64,000 nt of DNA, taken from assembly GCA_964016885.1 (NCBI GenBank), contig OZ024741.1:51646001-51710000 (forward strand), read 5' to 3'. The stretch is from Eledone cirrhosa (lineage: Eukaryota). This document shows positions 1-11,880 of this stretch, one piece after another; position 1 is the stretch's first letter; each line of letters begins with the position of its first letter. Below the pieces are notes generated by a model. It had not been told where the DNA came from. It was given only the letters and a program-made list of their open reading frames with translations, and did not search any database. Position numbers and translations under genes: made by a program.

Positions 1-25
1 AGGGTGAAGAGGAATGGCTGATGTA

Positions 26-60
<35 letters not shown>

Positions 61-61
<1 letters not shown>

Positions 62-108
62 CATCATCATCATCAGTTAACATCTATTTTCCACACTAGC
101 ATGGGTTA
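61..108 (-). mobile_element. 3' tail fragment of the RTE LINE/SINE family with (GAT)n end
   Basis: Reverse complement reads taacccatgctagtgtggaaaatagatgttaac-tgatgatgatga, matching the LINE terminus at about 6365-6422. Confidence 0.75.
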
Positions 109-134
109 TATATATAGATATATGTGTATATATA

Positions 135-289
135 TAACAAAGAAGGTGTGAAAAGATACCAGGTGGACCATAACGCACCAGAGTACTCGATATTTAGGGT
201 AGTAGAGTGGGTAATAGGAAAAGAGTCAGGACCCCGATGGCTGGGTTCCAGCCAGAGCTCAGCCGTCGGGGTCCTGACTCTTTTCCTAT
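135..289. mobile_element. Back-to-back Penelope pLTR end fragments forming a 35-bp-arm inverted repeat (214-289)
   Basis: Arms ataggaaaagagtcaggaccccgatggctgggttc / gagctcagccgtcggggtcctgactcttttcctat differ at 3 positions. The right arm resembles the pLTR end at 18364-18394. Flanked by (TA)n. Confidence 0.6.
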
Positions 290-355
290 ATATATATATA
301 TATGTAGTTGATAGCTGAGAGGCAAGAGTACTCAATACCAGAGTAGGGTTTTAAA

Positions 356-941
<586 letters not shown>

Positions 942-946
942 TATAT

Positions 947-1105
947 GTTAGGAAGGGCATCCAGCCATAGAAAACCTGCCAGAGACACTTCCATATGAGC
1001 GAGACACAGTCTCCCGACCAATCCTGCATCAAATGGAACAAAACCGTCTAACCCATGCTAGCGTGGAAGATGGACGTTAAATGATGATGATGATGATAAT
1101 GATAA
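947..1105 (+). mobile_element. RTE/SINE 3' tail fragment ending in (GAT)n
   Basis: gttaggaagggcatccagccatagaaaacctgcc...aacccatgctagcgtggaagatggacgttaaatgatgatg is homologous to 6272-6422. Confidence 0.85.
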
Positions 1106-1132
1106 TTACATTAACAGTCAGCTTTCATGATG

Positions 1133-1275
1133 ATTTCCATGCTAGCATGGGTTAGACGGTTTTGTTCCATTTGATGCAGGATTGGTTGGGAGACTGTGTC
1201 TCGCTCATATGGAAGTGTCTCTGGCAGGTTTTCTATGGTTGGATGCCCTTCCTAACACCAACCACTTTACAGTGT
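1133..1275 (-). mobile_element. RTE/SINE 3' tail fragment, inverted partner of 947-1105
   Basis: Near-exact reverse complement of 947-1068. Confidence 0.85.
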
Positions 1276-1344
1276 GGAGGAGAGGTGGTGATTGGGATGA
1301 TTGGAGGTTATTGGTTGATGGATTTAAAGAAAGGGGATCTTTAA

Positions 1345-1564
1345 CCCTTTAATGTTCAAACCGGCCAAAACTGGCGAGAATTCTCTACCTTTTTCTGTTG
1401 AAACTGGCTGAAACTGGTCACTCAAACTGATGTTAAGGTATTGTTCTCAAAATAAATACTTTCAAAATCTCATAGATTCGATATTATGTGAGATAATTAT
1501 GTGAGATAAAGCATTTACCATGAAAATATAATAGTATATATAAAGTAATGTGAATGCTAAATGG
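1345..1564. mobile_element. piggyBac-type MITE
   Basis: TTAA at 1341-1344 and 1565-1568 flanks imperfect TIRs CCCTTTAATGTTCA ... TGAATGCTAAATGG; no coding capacity. Confidence 0.7.
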
Positions 1565-2230
1565 TTAAAAACTATATTTAGAGAAAATACAAAGTGATAC
1601 AAAGGCAGCAGTAAATTCACACTAAGTACCTATAGGCAAACATAAACACACTGAGAGGCACTCCTAAATTTTAAGGTTCATTTATTCCAAGCAAACAATG
1701 GGTATTCATTAGTGAGGTCTGCAAAAATAGTCAGGTGTCTACAATCACACACATATATATATATATTTTCAAATATGCTAAGCAGATAAAAAGGAAATTC
1801 TTAAGTGGCTGTGTTAACATGCTGTGTTAAAGTATACAGAATAGTCAGGTCTTTATACCCCCCCCCTCACACCCACATACCCACACACACATAAACACCC
1901 ACATGTGTGCACATACATACAAACATATCTATAAATACACACATATACACATTCATATACATACACATATAAAAAAAGTTTCTTATATATAGCAGTCCTT
2001 TTCTCACTTATACTTGCTGGGATCAGATGGGGTTTTTCATCGTCCACACGCTTTAGTACTTACGTTCAGCACCGTTGCGAACTTGGAATTTCTTTCTTGA
2101 AGTTGCTTGCACATTCTCCGGTTTGTTGTTTTTTCCGCCGTTTTTCTCTTTTCTTCCCTCTTTCCCCTTTTCCTTCCCTCTCTCCTCCGTTTTCCCAATA
2201 ATGTACCTAGTTATTGAACAAGCTGGGGTA

Positions 2231-2290
2231 GATATATTGTCTTTAAAGCGTTGTAATAGCCAAGACCCCCAGTAGACAACTGATGAGGAA
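2231..2290 (+). ncRNA. Candidate reversed-order hammerhead-like motif, copy 1 (GAAA degenerate to GTAA)
   Basis: GATAT-A-TTGTCT-ttaaagcgtt-GTAA-TAGC-caagacccccagt-AGACAA-CTGATGA-gg. It lies at the 3' end of a CT-rich, pLTR-like tract (about 1990-2350) and is homologous to 19135-19194. Confidence 0.45.
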
Positions 2291-2640
2291 CCCCCCCCAC
2301 CATTCTTGTTTTCTTCTTGATTTTAAGCCTACCTTAACTACCAACTACACAGCCTTCCTATTCTCCATTTATTTTACATATATACATACACACACACACA
2401 TGTACACCCACATATATATACACACACATACATATATATAAACACATATATATTTATATATACCCATACATATATATATATGTACATAAAACATTTTCTG
2501 TTTCTATTAATTGTTAAATACGTAAGTTTTTGGGCGTATTTAACAGAACAAATTTTGTATTTTTGTTAATCGCTTGTTAAATGCAAGGACCCCATTCAAT
2601 CATTACCTTCTTGCTAGCTACCCAACACCCCTCCCTCCTA

Positions 2641-2738
2641 CCCCCACGCACCACCATTGCTATTACGTGGACCAATCATAAAACAGAGCCCCCACGCATC
2701 ACCAGTATTATTACGCGGACCAATCAGAAACCAGAGGC
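2641..2738 (+). repeat. Two-copy ~48-bp tandem repeat in the LINE 5'UTR, each copy with a CCAAT motif
   Basis: ccccacgcaccaccattgctattacgtggaccaatcataaaacagag / ccccacgcatcaccagtattattacgcggaccaatcagaaaccagag. Confidence 0.75.
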
Positions 2739-2852
2739 CTATACTATCGCTTGCCTGGTTGCCTTTCGATATACGATATATGATGGTTGGATGGACTGCG
2801 GAATCCTGGAGAGTGGAGGTGAGAGAGAGAAAAATCTGGACGCTCAGCGACA

Positions 2853-5800
2853 ATGCCAAAGATAAAGACAAATTCACCTCTTGGACGAGAATGCGAGCAC
2901 TCCTCATTGTTTCGACCGCGGACGGCTAACATAACCCCATCGCCCCCCGCCCCTCACCGCCCCCAACCCCCAAACGCAATCCAAAACTTCAGAGTTGGTA
3001 CCATAAACGTAGGCACCCTAAAGGGTCGCGCTAACGAGGTTGTAGAAATGCTTGAACGTAAGGAGGTCGATGTTTGTTGTATTCAAGAGACCAGGTGGAG
3101 GGGTGGGTCTGCTAGGTTCATTGAGGGTAAAAAACGATGTTATAAGCTTTTCTGGGTGGGAAACGACGATGGGCTGGGTGGAGTAGGAATCATGGTAGCA
3201 GAAAAGTGGGCAGATAAGATAATAGACGTAAATAGAGTGAACGACAGAATAATTAAAATACGACTTGTCCTCAATAGAACTACGGTGACAGTAATATCTG
3301 CGTACGCACCCCAATCCGGACTGCCCGGCACTATAAAAGACAGATTCTATGAGACACTGATGCTAACTACCTCCCAAATATCCGACAGTGACTATATAAT
3401 TATCGCAGGCGACCTAAATGGTCACGTTGGACAACATTGTGACGGCTACGACGAAATCCATGGAGGCTATGGGTTTGGTACTAGAAATGAGGAAGGCTCC
3501 AGAATCCTGGAATTCTGTGATGAAAATAACCTAACTATCTGTAACACTAACTTCAAAAAACGTGACAATCACCTGATCACCTATAGATCCGGGGAACACA
3601 CAAGCCAGGTAGATTATATCCTTACCAGAAGACGTGACAGAGTGTCTGTTGTTAACACTAAATCCCTCCCCCATGAAGAATGCACCTCCCAACATAGACT
3701 GATAATTAGCGACCTCATAGTCGGGACGAGACGTACTCGACAACAGAAGAGGACTATCCTCAGGAGGAAAATATGGAAGCTAAAGGACCCCACAGCCAGG
3801 AATAAATTTCAAAGCATATTACTTGATGCTTTCGACAGTAAGGAAGAACATTTAGAGTCGGACAATATAGAGGGAGAGTGGGAATTTCTGAAAGCAAACC
3901 TGCTGTTGGCGACAGACGAGGTCTGTGGCTGGAGCAGGCCTGTAGGCAGGAGGAGAGTAACATGGTGGTGGAACAGTAAGGTGGAGGGGTCAATTAAGGC
4001 CAAAAAGCAGGCTTGGAAAGTATGGCGGGATGGGGGAAGTAGAGAGGACTATCAAGTGGCCAGGAGGGAAGCTAGGAGACAAGTGTACTTAGCAAGAAGG
4101 GAAGCTGAGGAAAGAAAGTTCAAGCATGTTCTACAACGCGATGACCAAAAACGTGAGGTGTTCAGGATTGCTAGGCAATGCGTCAAGGAAAACCGTGATA
4201 TTGTCGGGGAGAAGTGTGTACTAAACGACGATGGCACACTTGCCATCACCGACGCTGATAAGAAGGTAGCTTGGAAGTGTCACTATGAAAGGCTACTAAA
4301 TGAGGAGAATAATTGGGAGAAAGGCAGTCTCCCCCATATCGACCCAATAGAGGGACCAGCAGTGTTAGTCGAGGGGAGTATAATAAGTAAGGCAATCAAG
4401 GATAGGAAGACGGGTAAGGCGGCTGGGCCTTCGGAAATAGTTGCTGAGATGCTGAAGGCATCTGGCACGGTGGGACACACCATGGTCACCCGCATAGTTA
4501 ACCAAGTCGTACAGAATGGGGTTGTTCCGAAGGACTGGCATAGCAGCATCATCGTTAACTGTTATAAGGGTAAAGGAGACGCCCTAGATAGGAGTAACTA
4601 TAGAGGCATTAAATTAATCGACCAGGTCATGAAGGTCACGGAAAAAGTAATAGCGCAACTAATCAGAGAGAGAATTGACCTAGATGAAATGCAGTTCGGG
4701 TTTGTGTCAGGCAAAAGTACCACAGACGCTCTTTTCATAGTACGACAACTACAGGAGAAGTACCTAGCTAAAGGTAAACCCCTCTACTTAGCTTTTGTCG
4801 ACTTGGAGAAAGCCTTCGACAGAGTCCCCCGCTCCATTATCTGGTGGGCTCTTAGAAAACTAGGCGTTGACGAATGGCTTGTGAGGGCTATACAAGCCAT
4901 GTATAAAGAAACAGTCAGCAAGGTTAGAATTAACAACGAATATAGTGAAGAGTTTAGCGTAAAAGTTGGCGTCCATCAGGGCTCTGTTCTCAGCCCACTA
5001 CTATTTATTATTGCCCTTCAGGCTATAACAGAGGAGTTCAAGACAGGCTGCCCATGGGAACTCCTATACGCAGACGACCTGACACTCATAGCGGAATCAA
5101 TGGCCGAGCTAGAGAAGAAATTCCAAACATGGAAGCACGGCCTAGAGTCAAAAGGACTTAAAATTAACCTGGCTAAGACCAAAGTACTAGTTTGTAGGAA
5201 AGAAAACAAGGCGGCGGTCCCTTCTGGGAAATGGTCGTGCTCGGTGTGTAGGAAAGGCGTAGGTAGAAACTCCATTTTATGTCCTAAATGCAAAGTATGG
5301 GTGCATAAAAGATGTAGTGGGATCACAGGTAAGCTAACTAAGAACATAGATTTTACATGTGGCCGGTGCTCTGGTGCAATAAGTAGCAGCAAGTGCCCAC
5401 AAACTACTAGCTCTTTCAATTGCGCAGAGGGTTCTATAGAAATAGTGGACAGCTTCCGTTACCTGGGCGATAAAATCAGCAGTGGGGGAGGGTGCTCTGA
5501 AAGTACTGTAGCTAGAGTCAGAACTGGTTGGAAAAAGTTCAGAGAGCTTATACCACTATTAGCTGCTAAAGGGTTCTCACTAAAAATGAAAGGCAGGTTG
5601 TACGATGCCTGCATACGAACAGCAATGCTGCATGGCAGTGAGACCTGGGCATTGTGTGCAGAGGATATACGCAGACTAGAGAGGAACGAAGCTTGCATGC
5701 TCCGCTGGATGTGTAACAGTAATATACGTGAACGGCAAAGCATAAACGAACTAAGGAAAAAATTAGAGATAAGAGGGATCAGATGTTGTTTACTCGAGAG

Positions 5801-6023
5801 AAGGCTACGTTGGTATGGACACGTGATGCGCATGAAAGTCGATAGCTGTATAACAAAGTGCAGGGCAATAAAGATAGACGGTAGTCACGGAATAGGCAGA
5901 CCTAGAAAAACCTGGGACGAGCTGATAAACTCCGACATCACACACTTACACCTCTCCAAGACAATGTCACTGGACCGAGACCTTTGGCGGTACTCAGTAA
6001 CAGAGAAGACCCGCCTTACCTAA
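2853..6023 (+). CDS. RTE ORF: APE endonuclease + reverse transcriptase with C4HC3 PHD-type finger (1056 aa, uninterrupted)
   Basis: APE motifs GTINVGTL, CIQETRW, SAYAPQ, AGDLNGHVG, SQVDYIL. RT motifs YKGKGD, NYRGIKL, QFGF, FVDLEKAFDRV, GVHQGSVLSPLLF, YADD (5067-5078), FRYLG. RTE C-terminus RRLRWYGHV..GRPRKTW. True start codon uncertain. Confidence 0.96.
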   Translation: MPKIKTNSPLGRECEHSSLFRPRTANITPSPPAPHRPQPPNAIQNFRVGTINVGTLKGRANEVVEMLERKEVDVCCIQETRWRGGSARFIEGKKRCYKLFWVGNDDGLGGVGIMVAEKWADKIIDVNRVNDRIIKIRLVLNRTTVTVISAYAPQSGLPGTIKDRFYETLMLTTSQISDSDYIIIAGDLNGHVGQHCDGYDEIHGGYGFGTRNEEGSRILEFCDENNLTICNTNFKKRDNHLITYRSGEHTSQVDYILTRRRDRVSVVNTKSLPHEECTSQHRLIISDLIVGTRRTRQQKRTILRRKIWKLKDPTARNKFQSILLDAFDSKEEHLESDNIEGEWEFLKANLLLATDEVCGWSRPVGRRRVTWWWNSKVEGSIKAKKQAWKVWRDGGSREDYQVARREARRQVYLARREAEERKFKHVLQRDDQKREVFRIARQCVKENRDIVGEKCVLNDDGTLAITDADKKVAWKCHYERLLNEENNWEKGSLPHIDPIEGPAVLVEGSIISKAIKDRKTGKAAGPSEIVAEMLKASGTVGHTMVTRIVNQVVQNGVVPKDWHSSIIVNCYKGKGDALDRSNYRGIKLIDQVMKVTEKVIAQLIRERIDLDEMQFGFVSGKSTTDALFIVRQLQEKYLAKGKPLYLAFVDLEKAFDRVPRSIIWWALRKLGVDEWLVRAIQAMYKETVSKVRINNEYSEEFSVKVGVHQGSVLSPLLFIIALQAITEEFKTGCPWELLYADDLTLIAESMAELEKKFQTWKHGLESKGLKINLAKTKVLVCRKENKAAVPSGKWSCSVCRKGVGRNSILCPKCKVWVHKRCSGITGKLTKNIDFTCGRCSGAISSSKCPQTTSSFNCAEGSIEIVDSFRYLGDKISSGGGCSESTVARVRTGWKKFRELIPLLAAKGFSLKMKGRLYDACIRTAMLHGSETWALCAEDIRRLERNEACMLRWMCNSNIRERQSINELRKKLEIRGIRCCLLERRLRWYGHVMRMKVDSCITKCRAIKIDGSHGIGRPRKTWDELINSDITHLHLSKTMSLDRDLWRYSVTEKTRLT

Positions 6024-6864
6024 ATATATAGTAAAACCTACTCCAGCCAGTAGGCATCTCTAACAAAATACACCCCGTCCCACCACCACCACCCCCACCC
6101 GATCCACACCACCCTGTTCTATGTAAAGTTATGTTGGTGCCGCGCCATCGAGGCCGAAACAAATGAGATCGTGTAGGTGTCACGACAAAAAAACACACAG
6201 TCCACGCTGTAATGTGGCCGTGTAGGCAACACGGTAAAAACCTCCCAGACCCACACTGTAAATGTGGTTGGTGTTAGGAAGGGCATCCAACTGTAGAAAA
6301 CCTGCCAGACAGTCCTATGCGAGCAAGACAATCACTCTTGCCTCAAGTGGGACTACCCCCGTCCAAACCCATGCAAGCGTGGAACACGGACGTTAAACGT
6401 TGATGATGATGATGATGATGATACACACATACATACACACACACACACACATATATATATATAGTTTTAATATAGATCAGATTCTACAGGACTAGAACTG
6501 ATTCATTCTTTAGAAATCATCAGGAATCTGGCTTTCCAAAATAAATGTTATGGTATTTATATCTTTTCAGGTGGTAGGAGAGGGTGGGCAGTGGGATGGG
6601 TGGAGGTCATTGGTTGAAAGAAAAGGGAATTCATTAAAAGCTAATTTTTTAAGGCTATAATTTATATTTAGAGTGACAAAGGCAGGAAGTCTGCTTGTAG
6701 AGCTGTTTTTATGTGCCTGTGTATATGCGTATATTTATGAGTACATGTTTGTATGTATTTGTATGAGTGGCCGTTCGTTTGTATGCATATCGCTGTGTGT
6801 ACGTGCGTTCATATGTACCTGCATATGGGCATGTTTGTGTGTATATATATATATATAACGTATA

Positions 6865-7207
6865 TGGAGGCACATGGCTTAGTGGTTAGAGCAGTGGGCT
6901 TGCAATCGAAAGGTTGTGAGTTCAATTCTCAGACCGGGTGATGTGTTGTTTCCTTGAGCAAGACACTTTATTTCACATTGCTCCAGTTTACTCAGCTGTA
7001 GAAATGAGATGATAGGGACTGGGGTCCCTATCATTCCACTGCAAAGTGGTCGTGGAGGTGCCACGGCAAAAAAAAGCACCCAGCACTCACTGTAAATGAG
7101 GTTGGTGTTAGGAAGAGCATCCAGCTGTAGAAATCAAGCCAAAATCAGTTCCCGTCCCAAGCAGGGAAAAAGCGGATGTAAAATGAAATGAAATGATGAT
7201 GAAATGA
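6865..7207 (+). mobile_element. tRNA-derived SINE, complete copy of the family at 641-941
   Basis: ggaggcacatggcttagtggttagagc..gagttcaattctc head, same central domain and RTE tail, ending in aatgaaatgatgatg. Confidence 0.87.
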
Positions 7208-8078
<871 letters not shown>

Positions 8079-8100
8079 ATTTATTAAAATAACAGATTAA

Positions 8101-8151
8101 AGTTTAAGCAAAGAATCGCTGCTTTCACCCTTAACGGGATCTTCTGAAACT
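8101..8151 (-). ncRNA. Type I hammerhead ribozyme fold, U4A core variant
   Basis: Minus strand AGTTT-CAGAAGA-tcccgttaagggt-GAAA-GCAgcgattcttTGC-TT-AAACT. Stem I extends via acagattga/ttaatctgt. Confidence 0.7.
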
Positions 8152-8240
8152 AACAAAGTCAATCTGTAAACGCAGAACTGGATATTTCAAAAAATGTTGC
8201 AACCGGAGGAAGACAGGAAGACGATACTTTGGTTCGTGGA

Positions 8241-8510
8241 AACGTTCGCTGGCAAAGAACGGGAAAAAACGAATAATACGTCATTAATAGGAGCGGTGAA
8301 AAACAATTACGCGCAAAGACAGAACCACGTTTATGGTATAAAGGAGGTCGTAGACTAATGTTCTCTTAGGTGGTGCATAGAGACGTTCTCTGGCAATGAA
8401 CGAAAAAACGAAGATAATAAGTCATATGTGGAGCGTGGAGAACAATAGCACGCAAAGACAAAACCACGTAAATGGTATAGCAGAAGTCGTAGACTAAAAT
8501 TCTAACTAGG
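8241..8510. repeat. Diverged two-copy ~140-bp tandem duplication inside pLTR A
   Basis: gttcgctggcaaagaacg..cgcaaagacagaaccacgt..gtcgtagactaa recurs as gttctctggcaatgaacg..cgcaaagacaaaaccacgt..gtcgtagactaa. Confidence 0.8.
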
Positions 8511-9080
8511 AGACCAAATGAATCTCCGCTACAGAGTTAAGAACAAAGTAAATAAATACAATACAGAAGTAATAGAAACAAATAAATACATACAAGCAAA
8601 CAGATACGTACATACACAAGCATACGCAAAACCTTACCAAGGTATACAAAACCACGCACATATAAATATGTGTGTGTGTGTATGCTTGTGTACAAATAAA
8701 TAAATAATTATATAAACGTATATAAGTAAATAAATACGTATATAACAAGCGCACACACACATACCTACATATAAATACACAAATGTTCGGAGACGTAAGT
8801 CAACTAAAACAAGAAGTACACATATACACACACCCACCATACGTACGAACCTGCATACTCACGCAGACGCAAAACTCCCGTATACACATAGCCAAACCCT
8901 AAATACCAGAATATGTAAAAATTATACGCCATAACAGTCAAATATACGTACGAGAAGGTATACTTACCTTCACAAAACATACGGGTAATATATACTTACC
9001 TATGCAAATAAGTAAAGGAATAAACAAAACATATACTTAGCTCCCACATCAAGACGTAAAATATCCACGTATAGATCGTG

Positions 9081-9684
9081 CTATCCGTTAGGGTATAACG
9101 TGGGGCTGTAATACAGGAAAGTTTTGTGCAATTTATGTTTACAAGCCGAAATTGCCTCAGATTTTTTGTTTAAGATGTGGTCTGTGGCGTAGAGTATTTC
9201 CAGGGCCTCAGCGGCGCAGAGGTCACATGGTCTTTTATTTCCGTTATACGATCTAGCCCTAGCTAGGATCTCCCAGTGTAACTTATATTGGGTGTGGTTG
9301 TCTTTTAGACTCCAGATATAAGCTGAAAGTGACGTCATATTCCTTCTTAGAGGGTAACGAAAAGAATGGGTATGCATGTAAAGACGCTGCTTGAAACTAT
9401 TGGCGGTTAACCCTATGTAGGCCCTACGGGACGTGGGTGTTACAACCTTACATTTGTAGACAATGTTACTAGAGAGGCAATTCCCGGATATGGGGCAATC
9501 AGCCCGATTCCTACAATTACAGTTAGTACTAACTACAGGGTTGCACGTGTTCCTACGGCTAGGTAGTTTTGCTAAATTTGAAGCTGTGATGTTATGTGCA
9601 AGGTTAGGAGTCGTAGAGTAAGAAATTTTAATAGTATTTCTATTAAAAATTTTACTATATTTATGTGTAGGGGGAAAATGCTTC
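9081..9684 (-). pseudogene. Penelope-like GIY-YIG endonuclease fragment (open frame, 5'-truncated)
   Basis: KHFPPTHKYSKIFNRNTIKISYSTTPNL..CNCRNRADCPISGNCLSSNIVYKCKV..AYIGLTANSFKQRLYMH..CDLC..LNKKSE..CKH. Confidence 0.9.
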
Positions 9685-10029
9685 GTATAAACTTTAATCT
9701 GTTATTTTAATAAATATTTGCTCTACGGTTCTTATATATTTGATATATATTTTCCTTATCGAGCTCTCTTTGGATTTTAGTCTTCAATTTTATTATTATT
9801 ACTATATATATATATATATATATATAGTATTAAGGATACTATTTATAGTTATGTATATAATAACACCTTTTATTGTTATATATTTTTTATACAAACCCCA
9901 AATAGTGAAAGATAGTCATTTATTACTATCTTATTACCAGTAAGATAAATAGCTCAATGTAATAACATCAGTTGTTTTACAGAGCAGTTATATAGAGATT
10001 TCAATAATCAAAGTTCAGTTTAAATCATT

Positions 10030-10084
10030 TATTTGCTTACAATTGTTTCCTCCAAACCGAGGTTTGGATTCTTCGGAGCAACTA
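10030..10084 (-). ncRNA. Type I minimal hammerhead fold with palindromic stem III, U4C variant
   Basis: Minus strand TTGCT-CCGAAGA-aTCCAAACCtcGGTTTGGAg-GAAA-caattg-TA-AGCAA. Confidence 0.75.
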
Positions 10085-10218
10085 TTTAGTGATCTATAAC
10101 ATACTTGACCTCCTTTTCAACACAAGAGACATAAAAACATATGCATATATTGACCCACAGTGGGATGACATCCATCAAAATGATATAGCATGGCAATTTA
10201 CATATAAAGGTTAAAGGA

Positions 10219-10266
10219 TAAAAATAAAAATAAAAATAAAAATAAAAATAAAAATAAAAATAAAAA
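10219..10266. repeat. (TAAAAA)n simple repeat
   Basis: About 8 perfect copies. Confidence 0.95.
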
Positions 10267-10849
10267 TGAAACATTGGAAGTTTATGAAGATAAAGCGAGA
10301 GGAAAGTTTAGAGTAGTCAGTATATGAAACAATCTCACGTGTAGCATGCACGCGTGTCTTATTTATACAGGATTAGAGTGCGGCAGATTGTTAGTTGCAG
10401 GATCAGGCAGTTGAAGCAGGCAATCGATAGTATTATGTGGGCTGAATTGTTAAATCATTTTTCGCATACACCTATATGATATACAATCCCGAATGTAGAG
10501 AAACACCACAATATCAAAAATATCAAACATATTATAAAACATATTATAGCGTAGGCAAAACAGTACCACTGTCTTCGCGCACACCACCACTCACATAATC
10601 CATGAGATGCAATATATAGACCACGGGTCTATCATATAATCCACGATGGTTTAGCATATAACCAAGTTATAAACCATATCTTGTTTAGTTTTGTGATGAT
10701 ATTATATTCCGGAAGTGTGTGCGTGATCAAGGGGAGTTAATGCGTAGGGGAGGTAACTAGCTGGTTTTCTTAGTTAAATTTATTATCCTAATTACACTAA
10801 TGGTGTTTCCAATAAGTGCCTATCATATGATGTTATAACTAGTTTCTAG

Positions 10850-11530
10850 ATTAGGTTACTTATCTATAGGTTACAGTGTTGTCTACTAAGAAGTACTAAA
10901 GGTGTATTTATCAGGATGATTACCTTCTATTAAGGGGTGTCATATCTGAACATTCTATAAGAATAGTCAGACCTCCAAATCAATGTTCTTTGTAAGTGTA
11001 TTCCACCCGCAGAACCTGGCGGGGTCCTATTATTATATATGACTCCCGGTCAGCTCTGGGTCATTATATGTCTGAATCCTTGGCCAATATGAATATCTCC
11101 TTGGGATCCGGAGATCAATTCTCTCATATAAAGACACTAGTCTGGCCATCAAGCAATACATAAACTCCCATCTCATATATAAATTAAATTAGGTTTCTTA
11201 TCTACAAATTAGAGTGGAGTCTATTAATAAGTACTAAAGGAGTTCATATCATGATGATTACAATTTAATGTGGAGTGCCACACCTGGACAATCTATAAGA
11301 AGAGTCAGACTTCATAATTAATTATATGTATATGGGTCTCACTACTAATAATGGTCTTATTACTATTATGGGTCCTATTACCATACAAGACTCCCGGCAA
11401 GTTTCGGGTCATTGTATGACTGAAACCCTGGTAAATTCAAATATCACCAGGGTGGTCCGGGGACCCGTTCTCCCATCAAAAAACACTAATCTGGTCATCA
11501 AGCAACACAGAAACTCCCAACTCATGTATC
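10850..11530. repeat. Diverged two-copy ~340-bp tandem duplication in the putative pLTR of element B
   Basis: Anchors taggtt..cttatcta, aagtactaaagg, gatgattac, ctataagaa.agtcagac, gactcccgg, tctgg.catcaagcaa and aaactccca each occur twice, about 340-350 bp apart. Confidence 0.8.
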
Positions 11531-11880
11531 ACCTGTGCATAATTCATTGTATTCATCGTATAGAATATATAGTCACTTAATAATAAATTAATTACTTAAT
11601 CATCAATCTATCTCATGGTGGCACTCCATGCACAGGATTATGTTTGCACAACCAATACAGTGTCTACAGTTTATATTAATCATATATTTGTGCAATGCAG
11701 TTTAAGTAATCTACGGCTAAGATATCAGAATTAGAAGTACATGGGGGTATCTCCAGGGTAGATGGTACTATAAGGTTGACACTATTAGCTTTAGAGTATA
11801 TACATGGGTGTGGAGGTGAGGTGTAAGATGTGCCACTGATGCTAATTGCTAGGGGTGGTGACGGTTCCAGTCTGACATTG

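Larger units (their letters stand above)
2600..6422 (+). mobile_element. Apparently full-length RTE-clade non-LTR retrotransposon (5' boundary approximate)
   Basis: Single long ORF, ~400-bp 3'UTR and (GAT)n tail at 6403-6422. No TSD resolved because the flanks are low complexity. Confidence 0.9.

Noticed and set aside
1590-1660. Downstream peroxidase exon (minus-strand EFTAAF resembling NxFxTAAFRFGH)
   Set aside because: In-frame stop immediately upstream and no RFGH motif.
2885-2935. HDV-like ribozyme at the RTE 5' end (gca-ctcctcat-tgt...gg...gctaa)
   Set aside because: L3- and J4/2-like words are present, but I could not find convincing P1 or P2 partner strands.
3018-5833. Antisense ORFs within the LINE
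   Set aside because: Shadows of the + strand RTE ORF with no recognisable motifs.
6870-6935. tRNA gene
   Set aside because: A/B boxes continue into a SINE body and LINE tail, no proper acceptor stem is evident, and it is repeated at 641.
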